NCBI GenBank assembly: GCA_903847585.1 | Contig: CAINEC010000162.1 | Coordinates: 33,427-97,426 of the forward strand | Direction: 5' to 3' | Origin: an uncultured Bacteroidota bacterium | GTDB lineage: Bacteria > Bacteroidota > Bacteroidia > AKYH767-A > OLB10 | DNA: 64,000 bases | In this document: positions 28,323 to 38,437 of the stretch, piece after piece | Position numbering within the stretch: position 1 is the first letter of the stretch | Layout: each line of letters starts with the position of its first letter | Made by a program: the position numbers and the translations under genes | Notes under the pieces: generated by a model | Told to the model about the DNA's origin: nothing | The model's input: only the letters and a program-made list of their open reading frames with translations | The model's database searches: none

Positions 28323-31300
28323 ATGAAAAAATCACTTTTAACTTTTATCGTAGTAATTACCTCGATAACATTCAGCAAGGCAGATGTCTCTGACTGGTTT
28401 AAGCCTGTGAAGCAGGAGTCAATCAAAAATGAAAAATTAGCTCGTAGAAATTCAACTCCTTCTTCAGCTTATTTTTATGAAATTGATTTACAGAAATTAA
28501 AGAATGAATTAGCAACTGCTCCGCTAAGAGGAACAATCAATGCAACTCCAGTGGTCATTAATTTCCCTAATGCCTACGGAAAAATTGAGCAATTCAAAGT
28601 GTATGAGTCGCCAATTATGCATCGTGATTTAGCGAGCAAATATCCGATGATAAAAACGTATGCAGCGCAAGGCATCACTGATCCAACCTCAACGATGCGT
28701 TTTAGTATTACGCAATTCGGGTTACATACAATGACAATTTCAGGCTTGCATGCTTCGAATTATATCGATCCATATACGAGCAATGGAAATTTCATTATTG
28801 TATACGATAAGCATTCGTTGTCTTCTAGTAATCAAAATTTCGAATGTACTACTCCTGATGCTGCTGAATTACCTTCGTTAAGAAATGGTGGTTCGCCCAT
28901 GCAGTTTGATGCGAATGATCAAATATTCAGAACGTACCGATTAGCACAATCATGTACTGCTGAGTACGGAAATATTTTCGCTTTAACACCGGGACAAGAG
29001 GTGGCAGATATTCAAGCGCAAATGACGATCACCATGAATCGCGTGAATGGAGTTTTTGAAAGAGATTTGGCTGTTACAATGGAATTTGTTCCGGACAATG
29101 ACACCTTGATTTTTTATGGAAGCACAACAGCTGACCCATGGTCGAATGAGTGGAATACAAAAACGGCTCAAACAATTGATGCAAGAATTGGAGTAAACAA
29201 CTATGACATCGGACATAATTTTAATACTACAGGTGGTGGAAATGCAGGTTGTATTGCTTGCGTTTGTTTGAGTACATCACAATCAGGCACACATAAGGGT
29301 AGAGGTATGACAGGTTCTCCTAATCCTACAGGTGATCCATTTGATATTGACTATGTAGCGCATGAAATGGGACATCAATTTGGAGGATATCATGTCATGA
29401 ACACGTGTTCGAGAAGCGGAAGTGGTAATACGGAAGTAGAACCAGCAAGTGGAAGTTCAATTATGGGTTACGCCGGTATTTGTTCAAGTAATGTTCAATC
29501 TAATAGCGATGATGATTTCAACTATGTAAACGTTCGTGATATCACAGCGAATATTCAAACAGGCAATAGTACGTGTGCCTTTCAATCACCAATTACGAAT
29601 CAACCACCAACTGCTGATGCAGGTCCAAACTATACGATTCCTAAAGGAACAGCTTTTATATTAGAAGGAATAGCTACTGATCCAGATGGTATCGCTTCGT
29701 TAACTTATAATTGGGGACAAAATGATCCAGCGCAATCACCTGGAAATGCAGCACCACAACCAACCTATAATGTTGGACCGATGTACAGAAGTATTTCTCC
29801 GCAACCATCTCCTAATCGTTATATGCCTAATTTAAGAAGTGTGGTATTGAACAACCTAACGCCAACTTGGGAAGTAACGCCATCGGTAGCTCGTACAATG
29901 AACTTTTCGTTTCTTGTTCGCGACAATGATATTCAGGGTGGACAAACAGCTTCTGATTTAATGACGGTAACAGTTGATAATGCAGGTCCGTTTGTAGTGA
30001 CATCACAAAACACAACAGTTACTTGGAATGCAGGTACTAGTGAAACAATTACATGGAATGTTGCCAATACAAATAACGCTACTGTAAATTGTCAGAATGT
30101 AAACATTTATTTATCGTTGGATAGCGGTTACACCTATCCTTATACGTTAGCGACAGGAGTTCCAAACAATGGTTCTGCACTGGTTACAATACCTGCTGGA
30201 GCAACAACTACTACAGGACGTATTATGGTGCGTGGAGAAGGAAATATTTTCTATGCTTTAAATGCAGCATTGATAACAATTCAATCATCCGAGTTCGTAA
30301 TGAATTTTAGCACTGCTAATCAAAATTTATGTTTACCGAATGATGCTCTTTACAATTTCAATTATCAAACATTCTTATCGTTCAGTGATACAACAACCTT
30401 CTCTGTTTCGGGTTTACCAAGTGGAGCTACAGCGACGTTTAACCCTGCAACGGCAGTTAACGATGGCACTCCTGTTTTGTTAACTATTTCAGGATTGACG
30501 AATTCGATGGTGGGTAATTATAACTTGACGATTACAGGAACATCTGCCTCTGTGACTAAATCAACTAATGTTGCTTTAAATATTCTAGAAAGCAATTTAA
30601 ATGCTGTTACATTAACATCTCCAAGCAACAGCGCTACAGGAATTGCAACGGCTGCTCAATTAAGCTGGACAACAAGTACAAGTCCGGGAGTAACTTATGC
30701 TGTTGAAATTTCAACCGACAGTTTATTCTCCAATATTGTAGCAAGTGCATCAAATATTACTTCAGGAAATTATACAGCAACAGGATTATTACCAAGCAGT
30801 ACGTATTACTGGCATGTAACCGCAAACAACGATTGTGGTTCATCTCCAGTTTCTGTATTCTATAGTTTCACAACAAATGCTTGTGCTAATAATTTAAGTT
30901 TAAATGTTCCTATTTCTATCTCTCAAAATGGTTCTCCTAGTTACACATCTACGTTAACAGTTAATCTATCTGGAACCATTAACGATATCAATGTAATTGG
31001 ATTAGCTGGTACACATTCTTGGATTAATGATATGACTTTTAGTCTGACAGGTCCTAACGGGGCTGTATGTACGCTATTCGATCGGATTTGTGATGATGAA
31101 GATGACTTTAATGTAAACTTTGATGATCAAGCATCACCAGGAGCATTACCTTGTCCTCCAGTTGGTGGCGGTACATTCCAACCTGGCACACCACTTTCGA
31201 TATTCAACGGAATTGCAGCAAGTGGTACATGGACACTAAACATAATTGATAATGCAAATCAAGATGGTGGTTCGGTTGATAATTGGGGATTAGAAATTTG

Positions 31301-31583
31301 CACTAACAATAGTGTAGGAGTAGAGACTTTCACAACGAGCAATGGCTTTGTAGTATTCCCAAATCCTTCAACAGCTATTTTTCATATCCGTAAGAACACT
31401 TTAACAAGTGAAAAAAGTAATTTACGTTTGACAAATACGCTTGGACAAACAATTGTTGCGAATGAAATAATGACCAATCAGAATTACGATATGGATTTAA
31501 GCAACCTAGAAAGCGGAATCTATTTTATAACGGTTACCACTAACGAAAAGTCGGAAACCCAAAAGATTTATCTGGCAAAGTAA
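28323..31583 (+). CDS. T9SS-secreted reprolysin-like (M12B) zinc metalloprotease with FN3-like and proprotein-convertase P domains
   Basis: Signal peptide, HEMGHQFGGYH zinc motif, SSIMGYAG Met-turn, P-domain (GTWTL.I.D....DGG....W.L) and CTD (VFPNPS...GIYFITV...KIYL). Confidence 0.9.
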   Translation: MKKSLLTFIVVITSITFSKADVSDWFKPVKQESIKNEKLARRNSTPSSAYFYEIDLQKLKNELATAPLRGTINATPVVINFPNAYGKIEQFKVYESPIMHRDLASKYPMIKTYAAQGITDPTSTMRFSITQFGLHTMTISGLHASNYIDPYTSNGNFIIVYDKHSLSSSNQNFECTTPDAAELPSLRNGGSPMQFDANDQIFRTYRLAQSCTAEYGNIFALTPGQEVADIQAQMTITMNRVNGVFERDLAVTMEFVPDNDTLIFYGSTTADPWSNEWNTKTAQTIDARIGVNNYDIGHNFNTTGGGNAGCIACVCLSTSQSGTHKGRGMTGSPNPTGDPFDIDYVAHEMGHQFGGYHVMNTCSRSGSGNTEVEPASGSSIMGYAGICSSNVQSNSDDDFNYVNVRDITANIQTGNSTCAFQSPITNQPPTADAGPNYTIPKGTAFILEGIATDPDGIASLTYNWGQNDPAQSPGNAAPQPTYNVGPMYRSISPQPSPNRYMPNLRSVVLNNLTPTWEVTPSVARTMNFSFLVRDNDIQGGQTASDLMTVTVDNAGPFVVTSQNTTVTWNAGTSETITWNVANTNNATVNCQNVNIYLSLDSGYTYPYTLATGVPNNGSALVTIPAGATTTTGRIMVRGEGNIFYALNAALITIQSSEFVMNFSTANQNLCLPNDALYNFNYQTFLSFSDTTTFSVSGLPSGATATFNPATAVNDGTPVLLTISGLTNSMVGNYNLTITGTSASVTKSTNVALNILESNLNAVTLTSPSNSATGIATAAQLSWTTSTSPGVTYAVEISTDSLFSNIVASASNITSGNYTATGLLPSSTYYWHVTANNDCGSSPVSVFYSFTTNACANNLSLNVPISISQNGSPSYTSTLTVNLSGTINDINVIGLAGTHSWINDMTFSLTGPNGAVCTLFDRICDDEDDFNVNFDDQASPGALPCPPVGGGTFQPGTPLSIFNGIAASGTWTLNIIDNANQDGGSVDNWGLEICTNNSVGVETFTTSNGFVVFPNPSTAIFHIRKNTLTSEKSNLRLTNTLGQTIVANEIMTNQNYDMDLSNLESGIYFITVTTNEKSETQKIYLAK

Positions 31584-31596
31584 ATTGCCACAAACT

Positions 31597-31630
31597 AAAA
31601 AAGGTGATTCTTTCGAATCACCTTTTTTTT
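31597..31630. terminator. bidirectional intrinsic terminator
   Basis: AAAAAAGGTGATTC-TTTC-GAATCACCTTTTTTTT between convergent genes. Confidence 0.9.
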
Positions 31631-31643
31631 GAAATACTATTTT

Positions 31644-32534
31644 TTACTTTTTGAAATTATCAGCTACAACAGTATCCTTACTTCCTTTAGTGTACTTATA
31701 AAATCCTTGTCCTGATTTAACACCTAAATTACCACTCACAACCATATTCACTAATAGCGGACATGGAGCGTACTTAGGATTTCCAAATCCATCGTGCAAT
31801 ACACGCATGATGCTTAAACAAGTATCTAATCCGATAAAGTCAGCTAATTGCAAAGGTCCCATTGGATGAGCCATACCTAACTTCATTACCGTATCAATTT
31901 CTTCTACACCAGCAACACCTTCAAAAAGTGTATTGATAGCTTCGTTAATCATCGGCATTAAAATTCTGTTGGCCACAAAGCCTGGATAATCATTTACCTC
32001 TACAGGTACTTTTCCTAATTTCTGAGCAGTTTCAAAAATCAATTTCGTTACCTCATCCGACGTATTATAACCTCTGATAACCTCAACCAATTTCATCACT
32101 GGAACAGGATTCATAAAGTGCATTCCGATTACTTTATCACCACGATTTGTGACAGAAGCAATTTTTGTAATAGAGATAGAAGAAGTATTAGAAGCAAGAA
32201 TACAATCCGGTTTTGTATTCGCATCAAGCTCTTTAAAAATGAATAATTTCAAATCGATATTTTCAGTTGCCGCTTCCACTACTAAATCCGCATTGGAAAC
32301 ACCCGCTTTCATATCCGTTGTTGTTTCAATATTACCTAGTGTAAGTGACTTTACATCTTCTGAAATTAACCCTTTCGATAACTGACGATCTAAATTGTTA
32401 GAGATCGTTTGAACTGCTCTCGCTAAAGCATCTTCTTTGATATCAATCAAAGTAACTTTAAAACCATTTTGAGCAAATACGTGAGCAATACCATTACCCA
32501 TCTGCCCAGAACCAATAACTGAAATATTTTTCAT
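31644..32534 (-). CDS. hbd: 3-hydroxybutyryl-CoA dehydrogenase
   Basis: GSGQMGNGIA, EAATEN, SNTSSISIT, GMHFMNP and HPMGPL. -7 element TAGTTTTG at 32553-32560. Confidence 0.95.
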   Translation of the reverse strand: MKNISVIGSGQMGNGIAHVFAQNGFKVTLIDIKEDALARAVQTISNNLDRQLSKGLISEDVKSLTLGNIETTTDMKAGVSNADLVVEAATENIDLKLFIFKELDANTKPDCILASNTSSISITKIASVTNRGDKVIGMHFMNPVPVMKLVEVIRGYNTSDEVTKLIFETAQKLGKVPVEVNDYPGFVANRILMPMINEAINTLFEGVAGVEEIDTVMKLGMAHPMGPLQLADFIGLDTCLSIMRVLHDGFGNPKYAPCPLLVNMVVSGNLGVKSGQGFYKYTKGSKDTVVADNFKK

Positions 32535-32584
32535 ATGCTAGAATTATAACTGCAAAACTATAAAATTGAATAAAGCAAAAGGAG

Positions 32585-32872
32585 TTAAATTAACTCCTCC
32601 ATACTAAACGCTTCGGGTTTAGCTACAAATAATGGTTTAACCTTCTCCCAGGTCGATTTAAAAACTTCCGAATCGCGATAGACATTTAGATGATCTTCGC
32701 TTTCCCATTTACTGAAGGTAATAACTACGCCTTCATGATTTATATCTGCATGAAGTGACAAATCGCAACAGCCCGGAAAATTCCTGATTTTAGTATATGA
32801 TTCCTTAAAATAATTTTGAAAGGTAGACACATTTTCAGGAGCTACTTTCATTCTCACAATACGAACAATCAT
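32585..32872 (-). CDS. antibiotic biosynthesis monooxygenase (ABM) family protein
   Basis: MIVRIVRM...IRNFPGC..L.L...FSKWESE..L..YR.S..F...W. Confidence 0.85.
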   Translation of the reverse strand: MIVRIVRMKVAPENVSTFQNYFKESYTKIRNFPGCCDLSLHADINHEGVVITFSKWESEDHLNVYRDSEVFKSTWEKVKPLFVAKPEAFSMEELI

Positions 32873-33639
32873 TTTATATCAATACGAATAGGGTCGTTCA
32901 TTTTAATTCCGATAAGCTTATTCGCCATACCTTGATTTTGTGCAATTTCAAGTAAGCCTGCATCATTAAACAAGGCCACCATATTTCCTGTATCAACATC
33001 CGTATAATTGGAGAGTATTTTTGTAGTAGAAAACTTACGAATATTAATTTCAAATTTTCTATCCTTCACCTGATTGTAAAATAAATCGCGGTGAATATTA
33101 GAGACTGCATTTCCGAAACTATCAATGTAAATAATAGTACCACGAATTACATCTTCTTCCAATACTGGTTCAAAGCCTTTACGCACAACATAATCATCTG
33201 GTCGACTACCTAACTCAAATACATTTTGTCCAGATAGCAGGTGAGTAGCCACGAACGTAAGCACCTCTAAATCGTATCCTGGCTTCTGATCAATATCTAA
33301 CTTAACAGCAACCATATTTGAAGGAGGCTGATCGCCAAATACCAATGAAAATAAGCCATCATTCATTCCCACAAATCCAAACCCATCTTTCTTAATTGCC
33401 AACAAATCTGTTTTAACAGGTCCTGAATTTTGAACCGCAACTATATGAACTGTCCCTTCGGGAAAGCGTTTATACACATTGCTAAAAAGATAAGCTGCCT
33501 GTTGAATAGAGAAGTGCGGAATATCATGCGAAATGTCTACAACCAGCACATGTGGGAAAACACTATAAAGTAATCCTTTTAAAGCACCAACATGATGATC
33601 ATTCGTACCCCAATCGGTGGTCAGCGTTATTATCTTCAT
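32869..33639 (-). CDS. SAM hydrolase/SAM-dependent halogenase family (DUF62)
   Basis: IITLTTDWG..D, VDISH, FPEGTVH, YIDSFGNA.SN and LLEIA.N motifs. Confidence 0.88.
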   Translation of the reverse strand: MKIITLTTDWGTNDHHVGALKGLLYSVFPHVLVVDISHDIPHFSIQQAAYLFSNVYKRFPEGTVHIVAVQNSGPVKTDLLAIKKDGFGFVGMNDGLFSLVFGDQPPSNMVAVKLDIDQKPGYDLEVLTFVATHLLSGQNVFELGSRPDDYVVRKGFEPVLEEDVIRGTIIYIDSFGNAVSNIHRDLFYNQVKDRKFEINIRKFSTTKILSNYTDVDTGNMVALFNDAGLLEIAQNQGMANKLIGIKMNDPIRIDIK

Positions 33640-33720
33640 TGTTGTCAAATATAAATTATTTTATAGTTTAAATCGGAAGTATTATTTCCTTTATTCAACA
33701 ATTTTTTCCACCTTCGTTGA

Positions 33721-34011
33721 ATGCGTAGAACAAACGAAAAAGCATTAGGAAAAATTCTTGAGGAAGTCATTAAGGATAATAACCTTGGTGATGGAATTAC
33801 GCAGGCAAAAATTAATGAGATATGGGTTGAGCTTATGAGCAGACCTATTATTTCCAGAACGACAAAACTTCGATTTTATAATAAGACGCTTACTATTTAC
33901 CTCACCTCATCAGTAATCAGAAACGAACTCGACTATCAAAAGGAAGAATTGAAAAAGCAATTCAACGATCGATTAGGAGAGATGATAATTGAAAAAATCG
34001 AGTTCAAATAA
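33721..34011 (+). CDS. DUF721/DciA family protein
   Basis: W..LM...I...T..L.....L.I.L.SSVIRNEL...K..L pattern. Confidence 0.85.
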   Translation: MRRTNEKALGKILEEVIKDNNLGDGITQAKINEIWVELMSRPIISRTTKLRFYNKTLTIYLTSSVIRNELDYQKEELKKQFNDRLGEMIIEKIEFK

Positions 34012-34041
34012 AAAGGGCCTTTACAATGTAAAAGCCCTCTC
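34010..34041. terminator. intrinsic terminator between convergent genes
   Basis: AAAAAGGGCCTTTACA-A-TGTAAAAGCCCTCT hairpin. Confidence 0.7.
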
Positions 34042-34058
34042 TAATAATCTAGTTTTTA

Positions 34059-34478
34059 TTAAAACTTCTCTTGTGTAGAGAAATAAAAGTTTCCTTCGAT
34101 TTCTGCATTCTCGTCACTATCAGAACCGTGAACTGCATTTGCATCAATTGACTTTGCATATAAATTACGGATTGTTCCTGGCTCTGCTTTAGCAGGATCA
34201 GTTGCTCCGATAATCTTACGGAAGTCCTCCACCGCATTTTCCTTCTCAAGAATAGCAGCTACGATTGGTCCTGAAGACATATAGCTAACTAAATCCTTGT
34301 AAAAAGGACGCTCCTTATGTACTTCGTAAAACTTACCAGCTGATTCAGCAGATAGCTTAGTGTATTTCATGGCAACGATTTTAAAACCTGCCTTTGTAAT
34401 GTGATCCAAGATAGCTCCGATATGTCCGTTTTCAACAGCATCAGGCTTAAGCATGGTAAATGTGCGATTAGTTCTCAT
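34059..34478 (-). CDS. ndk: nucleoside-diphosphate kinase
   Basis: [25 protein letters not shown] and NAVHGSDS. Confidence 0.97.
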   Translation of the reverse strand: MRTNRTFTMLKPDAVENGHIGAILDHITKAGFKIVAMKYTKLSAESAGKFYEVHKERPFYKDLVSYMSSGPIVAAILEKENAVEDFRKIIGATDPAKAEPGTIRNLYAKSIDANAVHGSDSDENAEIEGNFYFSTQEKF

Positions 34479-34537
34479 CTTATTTTATTGTCTTTTATTG
34501 GGCTGCAAAGGTAATTGGATTAAATTTGACACACAAT

Positions 34538-35554
34538 ATGAAACCCCATTTTGATCAAAATAAAATAGAATCTGTTAAATCGCTGATTCTTAACAGTAAG
34601 CGTATTGTAATTACAACGCATTACAAGCCAGATGGCGATGCATTGGGCTCTTCATTAGGATTATGGGCGTATTTAAAGTCGTTGAACATTCAGGCAGAGG
34701 TGGTTTTACCGAGTGAATTTCCCAATTTTCTGAAATGGATGCACGGTAGCGTAGAAACAATTGACTTTTCGAAATCGCCGGAGCAAGCAACCAATTTAAT
34801 TGATAAGGCAGATCTTCTTTTTTGTTTGGATTTTAATGATCCTACAAGAACAGAAGGAATGAGTGATTTACTTGTTAAGTCATCTGCTAAAAAAATAATG
34901 ATTGATCATCATTTAGCTCCTAAAGATTTTTGCGATTATACTTTTTCATTTCCTGAAATAGGATCGACGTGTGAGTTAATTGTCCATTTTATTGAAGCTT
35001 TAGAAGGACTTTCACAAATCACGATGGATAGTGCAGCCTGCCTTTATGCGGGAATCATGACGGATACGGGAAGCTTTCGATTTAGCAGCGTTACCGCGGA
35101 GACACATCGCGTAGTGGGAATTTTATTGAATACAGGAATGCGTAACGACTTCGTGCATGAAGCTGTTTATGATACGTCTTCGGAAGACCGTCTGCGATTT
35201 TTAGGACATGTATTACTCAATAATATGTTTGTTTTGAACGAACATAAGGCCGTCTATTTTCAATGTACCAGAGAGGATATGAAGCGATTTAATCATCAGT
35301 CGGGCGACCTTGAAGGCATAGTGAATTACGGATTAAGCATTGATGGAATTAAAATGGCTGTGCTCTTTAGCGAGCGCGACGGAATAATTAAAATTTCTTT
35401 CCGTTCTAAAGGGGATTACTCTGTGAAAGATTTAGCCGAAAAACATTTCGAAGGCGGTGGCCATAAGAATGCTGCGGGAGGGAAATCCAATCTTTCTTTA
35501 GAAGATACCGTTCAGAAGTTTAAGAATATACTTAAGGAAAATCACCATGCATAA
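34538..35554 (+). CDS. nrnA: DHH family phosphoesterase NrnA
   Basis: HYKPDGDALGS, IDHH, DTGSF and GGGHKNAAG. Divergent -7 elements at 34506-34513 and 34521-34528. Confidence 0.92.
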   Translation: MKPHFDQNKIESVKSLILNSKRIVITTHYKPDGDALGSSLGLWAYLKSLNIQAEVVLPSEFPNFLKWMHGSVETIDFSKSPEQATNLIDKADLLFCLDFNDPTRTEGMSDLLVKSSAKKIMIDHHLAPKDFCDYTFSFPEIGSTCELIVHFIEALEGLSQITMDSAACLYAGIMTDTGSFRFSSVTAETHRVVGILLNTGMRNDFVHEAVYDTSSEDRLRFLGHVLLNNMFVLNEHKAVYFQCTREDMKRFNHQSGDLEGIVNYGLSIDGIKMAVLFSERDGIIKISFRSKGDYSVKDLAEKHFEGGGHKNAAGGKSNLSLEDTVQKFKNILKENHHA

Positions 35555-36113
35555 ATTATCATCTTCAATACTTCGATTGCTTGCGATATGTATTCCATTG
35601 ATATACGCATGTGGAGGCACAGAAGGAACAAATGGAAGTGATAACGAAGTCATCTATAGCGGTAACGAACAAATTAATCCGAAGGATAAAGAATCACTGA
35701 TTGATAGAAATAAAAAAATGATTCTTTTAGAGCAAGAAAAAATCGATTCTTTCATTGCTCAGAAGAATTATAAAATGGAGAAAACCAAAACAGGAATCCA
35801 TTATATCATCGACGAAACAGGAAAAGGAGAAAAGCCGAAAAATCTAGCAGAGGTTGAATTAAAATATACCATTCGCTTATTAAACGGCGACTACTGCTAT
35901 TCGAGTGATAGCTCAGGAGTAATGCAGATTAAAATAGGGCAGAGTAACGAACCAACAGGATTACAAGAAGCACTTCAACAAATTCCATGTGGCTCTAAAG
36001 CAACGATCATCATTCCTTCTTATTTAGCTTATGGCATTAGCGGAGATGGAAATAAAATCGGAAGCCAGGCAAGCTTAGTATACAATATCGAATTATTAAA
36101 AGTAAAAAATTAA
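35547..36113 (+). CDS. FKBP-type PPIase lipoprotein (GldI-like)
   Basis: Lipobox IYAC and FKBP features (TKTGIHY, GLQEAL, IIPSYLAYG). Confidence 0.85.
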   Translation: MHKLSSSILRLLAICIPLIYACGGTEGTNGSDNEVIYSGNEQINPKDKESLIDRNKKMILLEQEKIDSFIAQKNYKMEKTKTGIHYIIDETGKGEKPKNLAEVELKYTIRLLNGDYCYSSDSSGVMQIKIGQSNEPTGLQEALQQIPCGSKATIIIPSYLAYGISGDGNKIGSQASLVYNIELLKVKN

Positions 36114-36118
36114 TACCC

Positions 36119-36991
36119 ATGATTCAACGCAGTAAGTCAATTGCATTTTTAATATTAACAGTAATCATCAGCATTACACTCCTTACTTCGTGTAATAAAA
36201 ACGGATACGAGAAAACAGAAAGTGGTTTAGAATATAAAATCATTGAATCAAAAAAAGGCCGTAAGCCTAAACTAACCGATGTCTTACGAATGAATATCAA
36301 ATTCACGAGCCAGTCGGACTCTACATTTTCCGATAACAAACTTTTCATTACCGAATTATTCCAACCCTCATTTGTTGGTGGACTAGAAGAAGGATTCGCG
36401 TTAATGACGGAAGGGGACTCTGCATGTTTTTTAATCCCATCGGACTCTGTATTTAAATACATTTTCAAACAACCATTGCCTGCGTTTATTAAGACAGGTG
36501 AGAAAATCAGAATCGATGTTCGTTTGTTGGAAGTAAAAACAAAAGAAGAATTTGAGAAGCTTGCAAACGCTGAAATCAACGAATTTATTCAGCAAGATAA
36601 ACTGGAGATCGAAAATTTCATGGCACAGAATAGCTTATCAGGAACACAAATTTCTCCTGGATGTCAGTTTATTATTTTAAAAGAGGGAAGTGGAAGCTTC
36701 CCCGCTGCAGGCGATACAGTAAGAATTCGTTTTACTGCTAAAATTATAACAGGTGAAATTTTCGAATCATCTAAACTAATCGGCAAGGACTTTCAATATG
36801 TAATGGGTGCACCTGAGGTTCCTACTATTTGGGATATATCTACTGCGAACTTAAAAGTAGGTGGACTTTACAGAATTATTTTCGATACTAAAAACAGAAA
36901 AGGACTTCCAGGAACTAATAAATTAAAAGGACCTGGTGCTGTGATATATGATGTTGAGTTAGTATCTATAAATGGAAAAGCCTCTGTATAA
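36119..36991 (+). CDS. FKBP-type PPIase lipoprotein (two FKBP domains)
   Basis: Lipobox LTSC, KTESGLEYKI, GLEEGF, and a second degenerate FKBP domain. Confidence 0.85.
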   Translation: MIQRSKSIAFLILTVIISITLLTSCNKNGYEKTESGLEYKIIESKKGRKPKLTDVLRMNIKFTSQSDSTFSDNKLFITELFQPSFVGGLEEGFALMTEGDSACFLIPSDSVFKYIFKQPLPAFIKTGEKIRIDVRLLEVKTKEEFEKLANAEINEFIQQDKLEIENFMAQNSLSGTQISPGCQFIILKEGSGSFPAAGDTVRIRFTAKIITGEIFESSKLIGKDFQYVMGAPEVPTIWDISTANLKVGGLYRIIFDTKNRKGLPGTNKLKGPGAVIYDVELVSINGKASV

Positions 36992-37003
36992 ACAGAGGCC
37001 TTT
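36976..37003. terminator. terminator hairpin overlapping the FKBP stop codon
   Basis: AAAAGCCTCTGT-ATAA-ACAGAGGCCTTT. Confidence 0.7.
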
Positions 37004-37026
37004 CTAAATAAATTTTCAAGTTGTTG

Positions 37027-38277
37027 TTACGATATTGAAGTAACAATCTTATCCAGATTATATTTTCCTGCTTGTAAATTCTTCTTAATGTCTTTGAAGG
37101 CATTAATTGTATAAGTAACATCTTCTAACGTATGAACCGCTGTTGGAATCAAACGTAACATGATTACTCCTTTAGGAACAACCGGATAAACTACCATTGA
37201 ACAGAAGATATCATAGTTCTCACGTAAATCAAGAATTAAGTTAGTCGCTTCCGGGATTGTACCATTTAAGTATACTGGAGTAACTGGAGAATCTGTATTT
37301 CCTAATTCAAAACCTTCTGCTTTTAATCCTGATTGAAGAGCATTTGTAATCTCCCACAATTTGTTTTTAAGTTCAGGCTGCGTTCTTAATAATTCAAGAC
37401 GCTTTAAAGCACCAATAACAAGTGGCATAGGTAACGACTTAGCAAAAATCTGCGAACGCATATTGTAACGTAGGTACTCAACCACTTGCTCTTCGCTGCT
37501 AATGAAAGCTCCAATTAAAGCCATCGATTTAGCAAACGTTCCGAAGTAAATATCAACTCCATCTTGTACACCTTGATGTTCTGCAGTACCAGCACCAGTT
37601 TTTCCCATCGTACCGAATCCATGAGCATCATCAACGAATAAACGGAAATTGAACTTCTTCTTTAATTCAACGATTTCTTTTAATTTACCTTGATCTCCCG
37701 ACATTCCGAAAACACCTTCTGTAATTACCAGGATAGCACCGTTGGTATTTTCAACCAATTTCGTTGCTCTCTCTAATTGCTTTTGAAGGTTAGCGATATC
37801 GTTATGAGGATAAACAAAACGTTTACCCATATGAAGACGTAATCCATCGATAATACAAGCGTGAGCTTCAGAATCGTAAACAATCACATCATGACGATCT
37901 ACAAGTGCATCAATCGCACTCACCATTCCTTGATATCCGAAGTTTAATAAGATAGTATCTTCTTTACTCATGAAGCTTGATAATTCTGCTTCCAGCTTTT
38001 CGTGCGGATTTGAATTACCAGACATCATACGAGCACCCATAGGTAAGGCAAAGCCATACATTTTAGCACCTTCTTCGTCTGCTTTTCTTACTTCTGGATG
38101 GTTGGCTAAACCAAGATAGTTGTTTAAGCTCCACACTAATCTTTCCTTCCCACGGAAAATCATCTTGTTCGAAATATCTCCCTCTAACTTTGGAAATGTA
38201 AAATAACCATGAGCATCCTTTGCATGCATCCCTAATGGTCCGCGGTTTTGCTTTAGCTTTTCAAATAAATCAATCAT
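37027..38277 (-). CDS. PLP-dependent alpha-oxoamine synthase, probable cysteate acyl-ACP transferase (SulA/CapB type)
   Basis: WSLNNYLGLANHP, AHACIIDG, DDAHG, GTFAKS (PLP Lys), RYNMRSQIFAKSLP and N-terminal GPLG...HGYFTFPKLEG. ATG at 38277. Confidence 0.8.
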   Translation of the reverse strand: MIDLFEKLKQNRGPLGMHAKDAHGYFTFPKLEGDISNKMIFRGKERLVWSLNNYLGLANHPEVRKADEEGAKMYGFALPMGARMMSGNSNPHEKLEAELSSFMSKEDTILLNFGYQGMVSAIDALVDRHDVIVYDSEAHACIIDGLRLHMGKRFVYPHNDIANLQKQLERATKLVENTNGAILVITEGVFGMSGDQGKLKEIVELKKKFNFRLFVDDAHGFGTMGKTGAGTAEHQGVQDGVDIYFGTFAKSMALIGAFISSEEQVVEYLRYNMRSQIFAKSLPMPLVIGALKRLELLRTQPELKNKLWEITNALQSGLKAEGFELGNTDSPVTPVYLNGTIPEATNLILDLRENYDIFCSMVVYPVVPKGVIMLRLIPTAVHTLEDVTYTINAFKDIKKNLQAGKYNLDKIVTSIS

Positions 38278-38437
38278 TCTATTTTTTTTAAGTTTTAATT
38301 CGATTAAAATTCGCTTCAAAAGTGAGCACAAAATTAACTTTTAATTGCTTATTAATTACAATATTTTTAACAAGTTCTTGTTTAATGAGGGATTTTTGAT
38401 GGTCTAAATAGTTAAATTTGCGCATATTTTAGATAAA

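Noticed and set aside
34049-34249. Alternative-frame ORF inside ndk
   Set aside because: Same-strand overlap with a highly conserved gene and no independent evidence.
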